A stretch of DNA of 32,000 nt, taken from the NCBI GenBank assembly GCA_038823825.1, contig JAWBCC010000002.1, positions 1 through 32,000 on the forward strand, in the 5' to 3' direction. Below, piece by piece: positions 7,521-16,045 of this stretch. Below the pieces are notes generated by a model that was given only the letters and a program-made list of their open reading frames with translations, ran no database searches and was not told the DNA's origin. How positions within the stretch are numbered: position 1 is the first letter of the stretch; the number at the start of each line of letters is the position of its first letter. Made by a program: the position numbers and the translations under genes. Origin of the DNA: Candidatus Hadarchaeales archaeon (lineage in GTDB: Archaea > Hadarchaeota > Hadarchaeia > Hadarchaeales > Hadarchaeaceae).

Positions 7521-10500
7521 TTGTCGAAAAGAATAAATAGATCGCACGATAAAAGATTTCTGGTAAAGAAATTGAACATGTTTACATCTTATAACAGAAA
7601 GGAATTCACCCTCTTGCTCCTCGGGTTAGTGATTTCTGGACTTTTCGCCATTCTCTGGACGGGACTCGCAAGCGCAACGCCAGATATCACCATCTCAGTC
7701 TTTCTCAACGACGAAATCGTTAACCCAGAACAAACGATCGTTGCCTGGGGAATCGCCGAAGAAGACGGTGCCCCGCTAGACAACAGAATTGTCCGATTCT
7801 TCTTGGATGGGGCTTTTCAAACCTTGAGCTGGGGTATGCCTTCATCGGCCCCTTGGGAGGCTGGAATACGGGAAAACACGATCATCGAAGCAAATAGAAT
7901 AAAACTTCAGTACAAGCCGGACATGGACATCGTTTTCATAAACGAAAACGGATACATCAGCTGGATTGACCCATACCGAGAAGTCAAGACGCTCGGAGTG
8001 TATGCAGACAAGCTCGGCGGAGCTGGAGACATTGACGGAGACGGGAAAATCGATGTGGTTTTTACGGATGGACCTCAGGGTGCTCTGAAATATGTTGACG
8101 TTGACAATAACATTAGAACGCTTGTAGCTTCCGGCGTTGTTAACGTTGCAAAGGGGCTTGCGGATTTCGATGGAGACGGAAAGCTGGACGTTCCGTATGT
8201 CACCACTGCTTATGACTACAAAATTTATTTCGTAGACTATGAAGGACGAATCCGGAGCGTCGGACCACTGCCCATACATCCGCTTCTGCTTGGCGGAGTA
8301 GGAGACTTCGATAACGACGGAAAACCGGAGGTCTCGTTCGGATATATGAGCGACATCCGGCACGTGGACATAGACGGTCAAGTTATAAGCATGGGAGGGA
8401 GCGTACAGTTTCACCAGACGGATCGAAGATCTGATATTAGTCAGGCGGCCGACTTCAATGGTGACGGTCGACTCGACGTCGCATATAATCCTCCCTCGGC
8501 ATACTCTGACCTTTGGATAACAGACAACCGCGGAAACGTCAGACGGGTTCTTCCTACTGGTAATGTTTTCGGTGGACTCGGCACGGTCGGTGGAATGGGT
8601 GACTTCTACGGAGATGGAAGAATTGTTATAGCCTACAAAGCCTTCTTCACATCAACTGGTAATAGATACACACCATCTCACATCATGGTGGTTGACAATA
8701 CAGGGAGGATAGATAATCTCGGAGTTCTTGCGAGATACATCGGCCCAATTGTCGACTTTGACATGGACACAGGATACGTGCCATCAGGAAGCTACAGAAC
8801 ACCGGTGATCGACTGGAGATCTCCGACGATAAGAATCGAAAACATAACCTTGACAGTGGCCATACCCGTGGATACGAGACTCTGGGTGAACGTGCAGGTC
8901 TCCGACGACAACTTCTCAACCATTAAAGATAGCAATCTTCTGGTTCTCACCCCTGGTATGGGAGGCATCGACAGAACGTTTCCGCTCAGCCTAAAGCCTG
9001 CCAGATATGCCCGAGTAATCTTCTCCTTCTTCACAGACGACCTTTCCAGAACAGCAGTACTCACATCCTTTACCCTCAACACAAACATCGTTACTTTAGA
9101 AAATGGCTGGTACATGCGCACTTTTGAGGCTCCTTCAACGCTGGGTACGCACCAAATCAAATTCACAGTGGAGAGATATCCCTATCTAGGAGAAAACACA
9201 AAAACTTTCGACGTGCGCAGACTAGTTTTCGAACCGGCTGGCCTCCTCGACGAACACGGGCAAATAGACAACATCTTGAATCCGGGAGAAAGATACTACG
9301 TCCTTGTTAAAATCCAGGAAGAAAACGGAACTCACAGATATGATGTCACATCTGGTTCGTTTACCGAAAACATCGGCGGAACTCTCCATAGCCTGATATA
9401 CCTTGAGAATTCGATCTGGAGGACATCCCTCCAGCTCACCGCTCCAACGACGATCGGCACATACTCCTTCGGTTCAACAGTCTCCGGCTACTCTGCCGAA
9501 AACATAATAGGTTCTGGCAACGTTACACACACATACTATGTCAAGACTCTAGAAATCCAGCTCTTCTTCGAGCGTTCTTGGGTCAACCCGGGAGACAATG
9601 TTACGATTTATGGCCGGGTAAAGAAATGGCCCGACAACGTCTGGGTCGAGGACGCGGATGTTGACGTGTATGTGGCTGGGAACTATGTGGCGACAGTAAG
9701 AACTCAGAGTGGAGAAAACGCTGGAAGATATAAATATACCTTCCAGGCTCCGAGAACGCTGGGCGGATATCCGGTCAGGGTTTGGATATCCCACCAAGGA
9801 CTCGACAGAGAAAACACCTCCACCTTCTACGTCAAAACCCTCACGATCACCGTTAACATGGATCCGGCGAGCCATCAGGTCAGACCTGGCGTGAAGGTAA
9901 GAATCTATGGAGTCGTCAGGAGATGGCCCGAGGGAACTCCTGCGAGCTACGCGACAGTTAAGCTTAGAATGGGCCCGCTAGACAACTACGAAAACATAAA
10001 CTGGCCCGTTGCAGACAACATCGCGCGAGCCGACGGTTCCTACGACATTTACTTTACCGTCAGGGATGAATGGGTCGGAGAATTCAAGCTTGTTGTAATC
10101 GCGACAGACAACTACTTGTTAGAGAACGAGAACTCCACCTGGATGCTCAGCGAAACTATAAAAATATCCGTCTACTTCTCAAGAAGCAACGTCCCGCCCG
10201 GAACGCTCATCTACGTTTGGGGATGGGCAATATTCCAGCCGAGCGGGGTTCCGGTTTCTAACAATCCCGTCAGCATCTGGAAGTGGGAAGGTGCAGATGA
10301 AGACGCTACATTCACCGACGAGAACGGAAGATATGAATATTATTTCTACGCCCCACAGAACTGGGGTAACTACAACTTCAGGGTGAGAACTTCGAAAGCT
10401 GGACTGACTGGAGAAAACGTGTATCCATACAAGGTTAGCACAATCTTGATTTCATTGAACATAGACGATAAGATTGTAAACAAAGGGCAGGAGATAAACA

Positions 10501-13500
10501 TAAGCGGAAGAGCGGCGCTCTTCCCGGGCAACTTGCCGGTGGGCAATACTGTTTTCAGATATTCTGTCGGATGGAGACCGGGGTACAGCTACACACGAAC
10601 GGATGAAAACGGAAACTACACATTTGTTGAAACTGCCCCATCCGCAATCGGAAGATACACCATAAAAGTTGAAATCGCCCAGGGAGATTTCAGCGGGGAG
10701 AACGCCGATAACATCGAGACTAGGGACATGCTGATCTCCGTTTCATTGAGCAAAACAAAGGCTATCCCGGGCGAAAGGGTAAGAGTTAGCGGCTTGACAA
10801 CCGTGTTGCTTCCGGGCGGGGAAAATAGGCCTCCTCGCGGCGGAACAAGAGTAGATATATACATCGATGACGAATGGTGGGCATACACATACACCGATAC
10901 GAGTGGATATTACTGGAAAGACATAAACGCCCCTGACGTTGGACCACACGAGGTAAAGGTCGTTTGCGCAGATAACGAGAACATCATTGGAGAAAACGTC
11001 ACGTATCTCTACGTGGAACGCATTCTTATTTCCGTTAACGTTGACAGGGATCCTTCCAACCCAGGAGCTGCAAACAGAGTCTGGGGATATGCATGGTTCC
11101 AGTACAGCGGAGACCCTGTTGAGAACTATGTACAAATCCGTCTTAATGGTGTGCCGATCGCAACGGTTATGACAAACCGTTTCGGATACTACGAAAATAA
11201 CTTCACCTCACCAACCTCGCTTGGTGAGCACAGAATCGATGTCACAATGTTGCATGAAAACTTCAGGGGAGACAATACGCGGTGGTTCTGGGTAAGAACC
11301 CTGGACATTCCAGTGAATCTGAGCGATAAGATTGTGAGGAGCGGGCAGTACATAACGGTCAGCGGAAGAATAACCGTTCAACCTGGCGGATGGCCAGTTC
11401 CTCAGTATACAGTTGTGCGCATATATCCGAGCTGGACCTCTCCAATAATAACATCCACCGGCCCAGATGGTACTTACACGGCCGGTCTAAATGCCCCCGC
11501 AACTCTTGGGATCCACACGATAAGGGTTGAAGCGGAGGAGGGGGAGAACGGCATAATGGGAAGCAGGGAAAACACGATAGAGGTCCGAGAGCTCCGCTTC
11601 TCAGAGTTTAAACTTGTAGACAACCACGGGCAGGAGGACCGAATAATGAATCCGGGTGAATCCTACAGACTATTCATAAGAATTCAGGAATTCAATGGAG
11701 CCTCATATTTCGACGTTGAGGAAACTCATCCATCAAATCCGTTCAAGGTCACGATCGCGGGTCAAGACTACACCCTTGCATACACCGGAAGTTCTGGAAT
11801 ATGGAGAACTCCTTACCTCACAGCAGAGAGTTCGCTCGGGATGTATGTGGTCTCCGCATTCTTCTTCGGAAGTTCAGCTAACGATATCTATGGAAGCCAA
11901 TCAATCAACTATACATACGACGTGAAGACAATCTGGCTTTCGCTTGTCATAGATAATGTAGTCAATCCTATGGAAAACACAACAATTTCCGGCAGAGCTA
12001 TTCTATTGCCAGATGATGCCCCTGTCAAACGAGAAAACGTATTTATCTTCAAAGAAGACGAACTGCTTACAATCGTTCAGACCGACTGGGAAGGTTATTT
12101 CAGATATTCCTTCGTGGCTCCTGACCTGCTCGAAAATTACTTCCTGAAAGTTAGAATAACCGATGCCAACGGAATTGAGAGAGAAAACTCCAGAAGACAG
12201 TGGGTGAAAACAATTGAAATTTCCATATTCCTAGGCGAAGAGGTCGTCGGAATTTCTCCCACTGACAATGTGTATGGTTGGGTCATTCTACATCCAGACA
12301 ACATACCACAAAGCGGCTTGGCTGTGAGGATTTTCGGAACCGGTCTAGACAACGAACAAACTGTGTATACCAACGATGAAGGTTATTACTTCCTGCAGTT
12401 CAACGTTTCTGCATATGCTAGGAATTACGGATTTGGAGAGGTCAGAGTTCAAGTCAGGAATGCTGACAACATTTACAATGAAAACTCCGCGACCTACTAT
12501 GTCGGAACTCCGGTAAACGTGAGGGGATGGATGAAGAATGCTGAAGGAAAACCGCTTCCCGCAACTTTCGAGTTCACATCGATTTCGAAAGGTTATACCC
12601 TCAGAATTTCCGTAAAACCAGACGGAACATACAGTGGCGTAATAATAAAAGACGATTATCATATGACATTCAGACTCTTTGGGCATTCTATAACTTTCTA
12701 CTCCGTGAGGACTTTCTCAGAAGCCCAGCAATGGGAGAACTTTGATAATCTAATCCGAATAGACAATATACCGCGATCCGCAGCATACGTTTCAGACAAC
12801 GTGAACACGATATTCGCTATTGCTATAGAAATAGACAACAAGCTCGCGGACAATTTCCAGACTGCGACGATCGTTCTGGATTACACACCATGGCTCGGGA
12901 TGATAACAAACGAAAGCAACCTTGCCGTCTACAAGGCGAGCTGGGATATGGCGAGAAGAGAAAACACAAGTAAATGGACAAGGCTTGGAGGAACTATCAA
13001 CAAGATCGATCACACAATAACTCTCAGTGGAGTTACCAAATTCTCGGCATATGTGGTGGGCGAGAGTGTACCTTCCATGCAGGATGTCGTTGGACCGATC
13101 GTTGGGCCTTTAGTGGGGCCGATCGTTGGACCACTTAGAGGACCGATACCAGATTACAGCGGGACTCTGAGGAAGATCATGGGGCTCATCGCAGATATTC
13201 AGACGACGGTGGAGAACCTGCCTACTCTTGAAAATCTCCCGCAAACTCCACCAGTGGAGGTTACTCCGAGTCCTTCCGCCGGTGTGTCTCTCGATATGTA
13301 TCCTGGAGAAACGGCCAAAGTTCCACTTTCAATCAAGAACAACTCCAATGTTCCGATTATCGTCACCGCATCAAAAGTCGGTCAGACATCCGCCTTCATC
13401 TCCTTCGAAGAACCGTACATAACCGTTCAGCCAGGAGATGTAGGAAAAGTTATGCTTGTCGTTCATATACCTGAAAACACACCGAAGGGTCTTTACACAG

Positions 13501-15284
13501 GTTCTGTTTTCCTTTATCCTGGAGTCCTGCAGGCTCCGATTGAAATTCCTGTCAAGATTCGCGTTCTCTCTCCGGCCAGAAGTCTGCTTGATGTAAGAAT
13601 ATCTTCACTTCTCCCAAGCGTTAATCCTGGTAAACATCAGAAAGCCGAGGTTACACTCTACAACATGGGAGAAGAGAAGAGAGTCGATGCCGTGGTGAGA
13701 GTTCAACTCATTGATCCGGACACTTTAGCTGTTCTCAATGAGGTTGAGGAAACTATGGCGGTCGAGACTTCTTTGAGCAGAATCTTTAGCCTGAAGGTTC
13801 CTGAAAACGCAAAGGAAAAATATTACTACCTAAAAGCTTTGGCGACTTATCTGACAGGCGAAAACAGAGAGATGCAGGCAAGTGCTCTCGCCTCGATGTC
13901 TGTGATAATTCCATTCTGGGATAAAACAACCTGGGGGATTTCCAACAAGATATTCTACTCTGTGATAGCCGCTGCGATTGCCGCCGGAACGGCCGGTTAC
14001 CTGTACTACCGCAGGCTGAAGAAATTACGCGAAGCACAGAAGAGATATGAAAGGGTTCTATCCTTCACCGAACTTCCACAGCCTGGACCGAGAAGCGCCT
14101 TCATAGGAAAACTGGCTGAAACCCCGAGAAAGGCATATCTGTACCTAGATGACCTCAGAACTCACGCGATTGTTGCTGGAGCGACCGGAGCAGGCAAAAC
14201 CATAATGACGCAGGATCTTGCCGAAGAGGCACTCATGCACGGAATCGATGTCTTCGTTTTCGACCCGACAGCACAGTGGACTGGAATGCTCCAAAAGTGT
14301 ACCGAGCACGAGATGCTTAGACACTATGACAAGTTTGGAATGAAGGAGAGAGATGCAGCGGGATTCCCAGGATATATAAAGAGAATCAAGGATCCAACTG
14401 AGTATCTCAACCTAGGCAAACTGCTCAAGAGACCGAAGAAAGAAGGAGAGATGGGCAGGATATGGGTTTTCCTGATCGACCAGCTTGACAGCAGAGATCT
14501 TGACGTTTTCATCGCAAACACCATAAACGACATCTTCAAGAGCAATCCCGAGGAGAGCCAGAAGCTTAGGGCGCTCATAATCTTTGACGAGGTCCACAGA
14601 CTCCTACCCAGATTCGGAGGAAAAGGTCTGGGAATAACGATGCTCGAGCGCGCCGTAAGAGAATTCAGAAAATGGGGAATTGGTCTCGTGCTCGCTTCGC
14701 AAGTCATTGCTGACTTTGAAAAGGAAATAAGAGCAAACATAAGAACACAGATCCAGCTCTGGACGAGAGATGAGGAGGAACTCGAGAGGATAAAGGAGAA
14801 GTTCGGACTCGGCTACATGCAGTCGGTCGCCAAAGCGGCCGTTGGGACCGGAATGGTATTCAACTCCGACTACAACAAGGGTAGACCTTACTTCATCCAC
14901 TTCAGGCCCATTCTCCACAGATTGACCAGACTAGAAGAAGATGTGATAATAAAGTGGGACAAATACACCAGGAGACTTGAGGAGCTCCAGGAGAAACTCG
15001 ATAAGCTGAGAGAGGCTGGAGCTGACATTTTCGACCTTGAGATCGAACTCGGGCTAGCGAGAAAGAAACTAGAAGAGGGTGCGTTCGACGTCGTCGATCT
15101 CTACTTGGAATCTGTTGAACCTAGAATTGATAAAGAGTGTAAGGCGAGAAAAATAGAAATCAAAAAAGTCAGGGTTACTGAGGAAGAGCTGAAGAAGGCC
15201 GAGATGGAGGCTAAGAAAGAAAGAGTAAAAGCGGAGAAGGCGGAGGACGAGAAGGAATCCAGAAAGCCCGAAAAGAAAACATGA
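7521..15284 (+). CDS. Giant membrane-spanning protein: signal/TM, FG-GAP/VCBS-like repeats, tandem Ig-like domains, TM, cytoplasmic HerA/VirB4-like P-loop ATPase
   Basis: 2587 aa single ORF. LGGAGDIDGDGKIDVVF / LADFDGDGKLDVPY / GVGDFDNDGKPEVSF / AADFNGDGRLDVAY repeats; tandem ~100-aa modules; TM IFYSVIAAAIAAGTAGYLYYRRLKKL; Walker A IVAGATGAGKT (GATGAGKT at 14178-14201); Walker B LIIFDEVHRLL (~14574-14606). TTG start at 7521 is uncertain; in-frame ATG at 7578 also fits. Confidence 0.9.
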   Translation: MSKRINRSHDKRFLVKKLNMFTSYNRKEFTLLLLGLVISGLFAILWTGLASATPDITISVFLNDEIVNPEQTIVAWGIAEEDGAPLDNRIVRFFLDGAFQTLSWGMPSSAPWEAGIRENTIIEANRIKLQYKPDMDIVFINENGYISWIDPYREVKTLGVYADKLGGAGDIDGDGKIDVVFTDGPQGALKYVDVDNNIRTLVASGVVNVAKGLADFDGDGKLDVPYVTTAYDYKIYFVDYEGRIRSVGPLPIHPLLLGGVGDFDNDGKPEVSFGYMSDIRHVDIDGQVISMGGSVQFHQTDRRSDISQAADFNGDGRLDVAYNPPSAYSDLWITDNRGNVRRVLPTGNVFGGLGTVGGMGDFYGDGRIVIAYKAFFTSTGNRYTPSHIMVVDNTGRIDNLGVLARYIGPIVDFDMDTGYVPSGSYRTPVIDWRSPTIRIENITLTVAIPVDTRLWVNVQVSDDNFSTIKDSNLLVLTPGMGGIDRTFPLSLKPARYARVIFSFFTDDLSRTAVLTSFTLNTNIVTLENGWYMRTFEAPSTLGTHQIKFTVERYPYLGENTKTFDVRRLVFEPAGLLDEHGQIDNILNPGERYYVLVKIQEENGTHRYDVTSGSFTENIGGTLHSLIYLENSIWRTSLQLTAPTTIGTYSFGSTVSGYSAENIIGSGNVTHTYYVKTLEIQLFFERSWVNPGDNVTIYGRVKKWPDNVWVEDADVDVYVAGNYVATVRTQSGENAGRYKYTFQAPRTLGGYPVRVWISHQGLDRENTSTFYVKTLTITVNMDPASHQVRPGVKVRIYGVVRRWPEGTPASYATVKLRMGPLDNYENINWPVADNIARADGSYDIYFTVRDEWVGEFKLVVIATDNYLLENENSTWMLSETIKISVYFSRSNVPPGTLIYVWGWAIFQPSGVPVSNNPVSIWKWEGADEDATFTDENGRYEYYFYAPQNWGNYNFRVRTSKAGLTGENVYPYKVSTILISLNIDDKIVNKGQEINISGRAALFPGNLPVGNTVFRYSVGWRPGYSYTRTDENGNYTFVETAPSAIGRYTIKVEIAQGDFSGENADNIETRDMLISVSLSKTKAIPGERVRVSGLTTVLLPGGENRPPRGGTRVDIYIDDEWWAYTYTDTSGYYWKDINAPDVGPHEVKVVCADNENIIGENVTYLYVERILISVNVDRDPSNPGAANRVWGYAWFQYSGDPVENYVQIRLNGVPIATVMTNRFGYYENNFTSPTSLGEHRIDVTMLHENFRGDNTRWFWVRTLDIPVNLSDKIVRSGQYITVSGRITVQPGGWPVPQYTVVRIYPSWTSPIITSTGPDGTYTAGLNAPATLGIHTIRVEAEEGENGIMGSRENTIEVRELRFSEFKLVDNHGQEDRIMNPGESYRLFIRIQEFNGASYFDVEETHPSNPFKVTIAGQDYTLAYTGSSGIWRTPYLTAESSLGMYVVSAFFFGSSANDIYGSQSINYTYDVKTIWLSLVIDNVVNPMENTTISGRAILLPDDAPVKRENVFIFKEDELLTIVQTDWEGYFRYSFVAPDLLENYFLKVRITDANGIERENSRRQWVKTIEISIFLGEEVVGISPTDNVYGWVILHPDNIPQSGLAVRIFGTGLDNEQTVYTNDEGYYFLQFNVSAYARNYGFGEVRVQVRNADNIYNENSATYYVGTPVNVRGWMKNAEGKPLPATFEFTSISKGYTLRISVKPDGTYSGVIIKDDYHMTFRLFGHSITFYSVRTFSEAQQWENFDNLIRIDNIPRSAAYVSDNVNTIFAIAIEIDNKLADNFQTATIVLDYTPWLGMITNESNLAVYKASWDMARRENTSKWTRLGGTINKIDHTITLSGVTKFSAYVVGESVPSMQDVVGPIVGPLVGPIVGPLRGPIPDYSGTLRKIMGLIADIQTTVENLPTLENLPQTPPVEVTPSPSAGVSLDMYPGETAKVPLSIKNNSNVPIIVTASKVGQTSAFISFEEPYITVQPGDVGKVMLVVHIPENTPKGLYTGSVFLYPGVLQAPIEIPVKIRVLSPARSLLDVRISSLLPSVNPGKHQKAEVTLYNMGEEKRVDAVVRVQLIDPDTLAVLNEVEETMAVETSLSRIFSLKVPENAKEKYYYLKALATYLTGENREMQASALASMSVIIPFWDKTTWGISNKIFYSVIAAAIAAGTAGYLYYRRLKKLREAQKRYERVLSFTELPQPGPRSAFIGKLAETPRKAYLYLDDLRTHAIVAGATGAGKTIMTQDLAEEALMHGIDVFVFDPTAQWTGMLQKCTEHEMLRHYDKFGMKERDAAGFPGYIKRIKDPTEYLNLGKLLKRPKKEGEMGRIWVFLIDQLDSRDLDVFIANTINDIFKSNPEESQKLRALIIFDEVHRLLPRFGGKGLGITMLERAVREFRKWGIGLVLASQVIADFEKEIRANIRTQIQLWTRDEEELERIKEKFGLGYMQSVAKAAVGTGMVFNSDYNKGRPYFIHFRPILHRLTRLEEDVIIKWDKYTRRLEELQEKLDKLREAGADIFDLEIELGLARKKLEEGAFDVVDLYLESVEPRIDKECKARKIEIKKVRVTEEELKKAEMEAKKERVKAEKAEDEKESRKPEKKT
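8019..8760 (+). other. FG-GAP/VCBS-like repeats with calcium-loop-like DxDGDGxxD motifs, within the giant gene
   Basis: At least four (D/N)xDGDGK/R-type repeats spaced about 50-60 aa, with a degenerate fifth (GDFYGDGRIVIAY). Confidence 0.75.
9225..12540 (+). repeat. Array of divergent Ig-like/carboxypeptidase-regulatory-like modules, within the giant gene
   Basis: Recurring pattern: (V/I)xPG..(V/I)xx(Y/S)G......(T/Y)TDxxGxYxx.F.AP...G.Y.(V/I)+V......GEN....(V/I)+TL.I.(V/L)., seen around 9550, 9850, 10170, 10440, 10730, 11025, 11300, 11940 and 12210. Confidence 0.75.
13084..13155 (+). repeat. Gly-Pro microrepeat VVGPIVGPLVGPIVGPLRGPIP, within the giant gene
   Basis: Four VGP(I/L) units plus RGPI encoded by degenerate repeats of gttggaccgatc / gtggggccgatc / gttggaccactt. 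Confidence 0.85.
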
Positions 15285-15321
15285 TAAGGGTTTTTGAATA
15301 TAATAACGATATTTTTGATGG

Positions 15322-16017
15322 TTGGTGAATTTGCCCGAAAAAAAGAAGAAAGAAACTCTTGCAGATAGGGTCGAAAAGCTGAGCGCACAAATGGAAGCTT
15401 TCGGAAAACTCAGGGAGAGCTTAGATATGAGGATCTCCATGCTGAACGAAAGAATCGGAGAGCTCAGAGCGATGGTTCTGAGAACCGAAAAAGATATGAT
15501 GGAGATCCGTGCGAAAACCGAAAGGACTACCGGGATAATCGAAGAGCTCGACCCAAGCAAAATAATGGGAGAGATCAGGAGGATGCAGGCGCGGGTCGAG
15601 ACGCTGGCGGCGAGGATAGATGCAACCGATGCTAAGCTTGACGCAATTAGTTCTGAACTTAGAGAAGTTAGGAGAGAGATTGGAAAGTTCCGTGGGGTTG
15701 AAAGCGTACTTTCCCTCTCCGAGGAGGTCAGGGCTGACTTGACGGAGATGGAAAAGATTGCGGCAGATGTCAGGAGGCAGGCGGACAGGGTGATGGCCAT
15801 CTTCGCGGAGCTGAGGGATAGGATGGGAAAAACCGAAAGGTTTGTAGCTAGGCTCGAGGCGCTCGAGGATTCGACAAAATCACTAAATAAGGGACTGAGC
15901 GAGCTTGCACCGAAGGTCGAAGAAGCTCTTGCTAGAATAGAAGAGCTGAGGGCGACGGCAAAAGCGACAAATCCTGAAGCCAAGGAGGAAAAACCCAAAG
16001 AGGAGAAAAAGAAATAA
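15322..16017 (+). CDS. Coiled-coil protein, unknown function
   Basis: 231 aa, heptad-rich throughout, no TM, Lys/Glu-rich tail; starts 37 nt after the giant ORF. TTG/GTG/TTG starts are all possible (15322, 15325, 15331). Confidence 0.75.
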   Translation: MVNLPEKKKKETLADRVEKLSAQMEAFGKLRESLDMRISMLNERIGELRAMVLRTEKDMMEIRAKTERTTGIIEELDPSKIMGEIRRMQARVETLAARIDATDAKLDAISSELREVRREIGKFRGVESVLSLSEEVRADLTEMEKIAADVRRQADRVMAIFAELRDRMGKTERFVARLEALEDSTKSLNKGLSELAPKVEEALARIEELRATAKATNPEAKEEKPKEEKKK

Positions 16018-16045
16018 CACGGGTTAGAGAAGGAATTTGAAATCT

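Noticed and set aside
9549-9875. Minus-strand 108-aa ORF and other ORFs antisense to the giant gene (7842-8414, 10743-11135, 12345-12686, 14324-14740)
   Set aside because: The plus-strand frame is continuous and clearly coding; the antisense products look random.
15069-15998. Minus-strand 309-aa ORF
   Set aside because: Ser/Leu-rich mirror of the Lys/Glu-rich coiled-coil and giant-gene tail on the plus strand; typical antisense ORF artefact.
2866-16017. Calling the locus a standard archaellum or type IV pilus system
   Set aside because: No class III signal peptides, GspE/FlaI-type ATPase or TadC/FlaJ-type platform protein is visible in the window.
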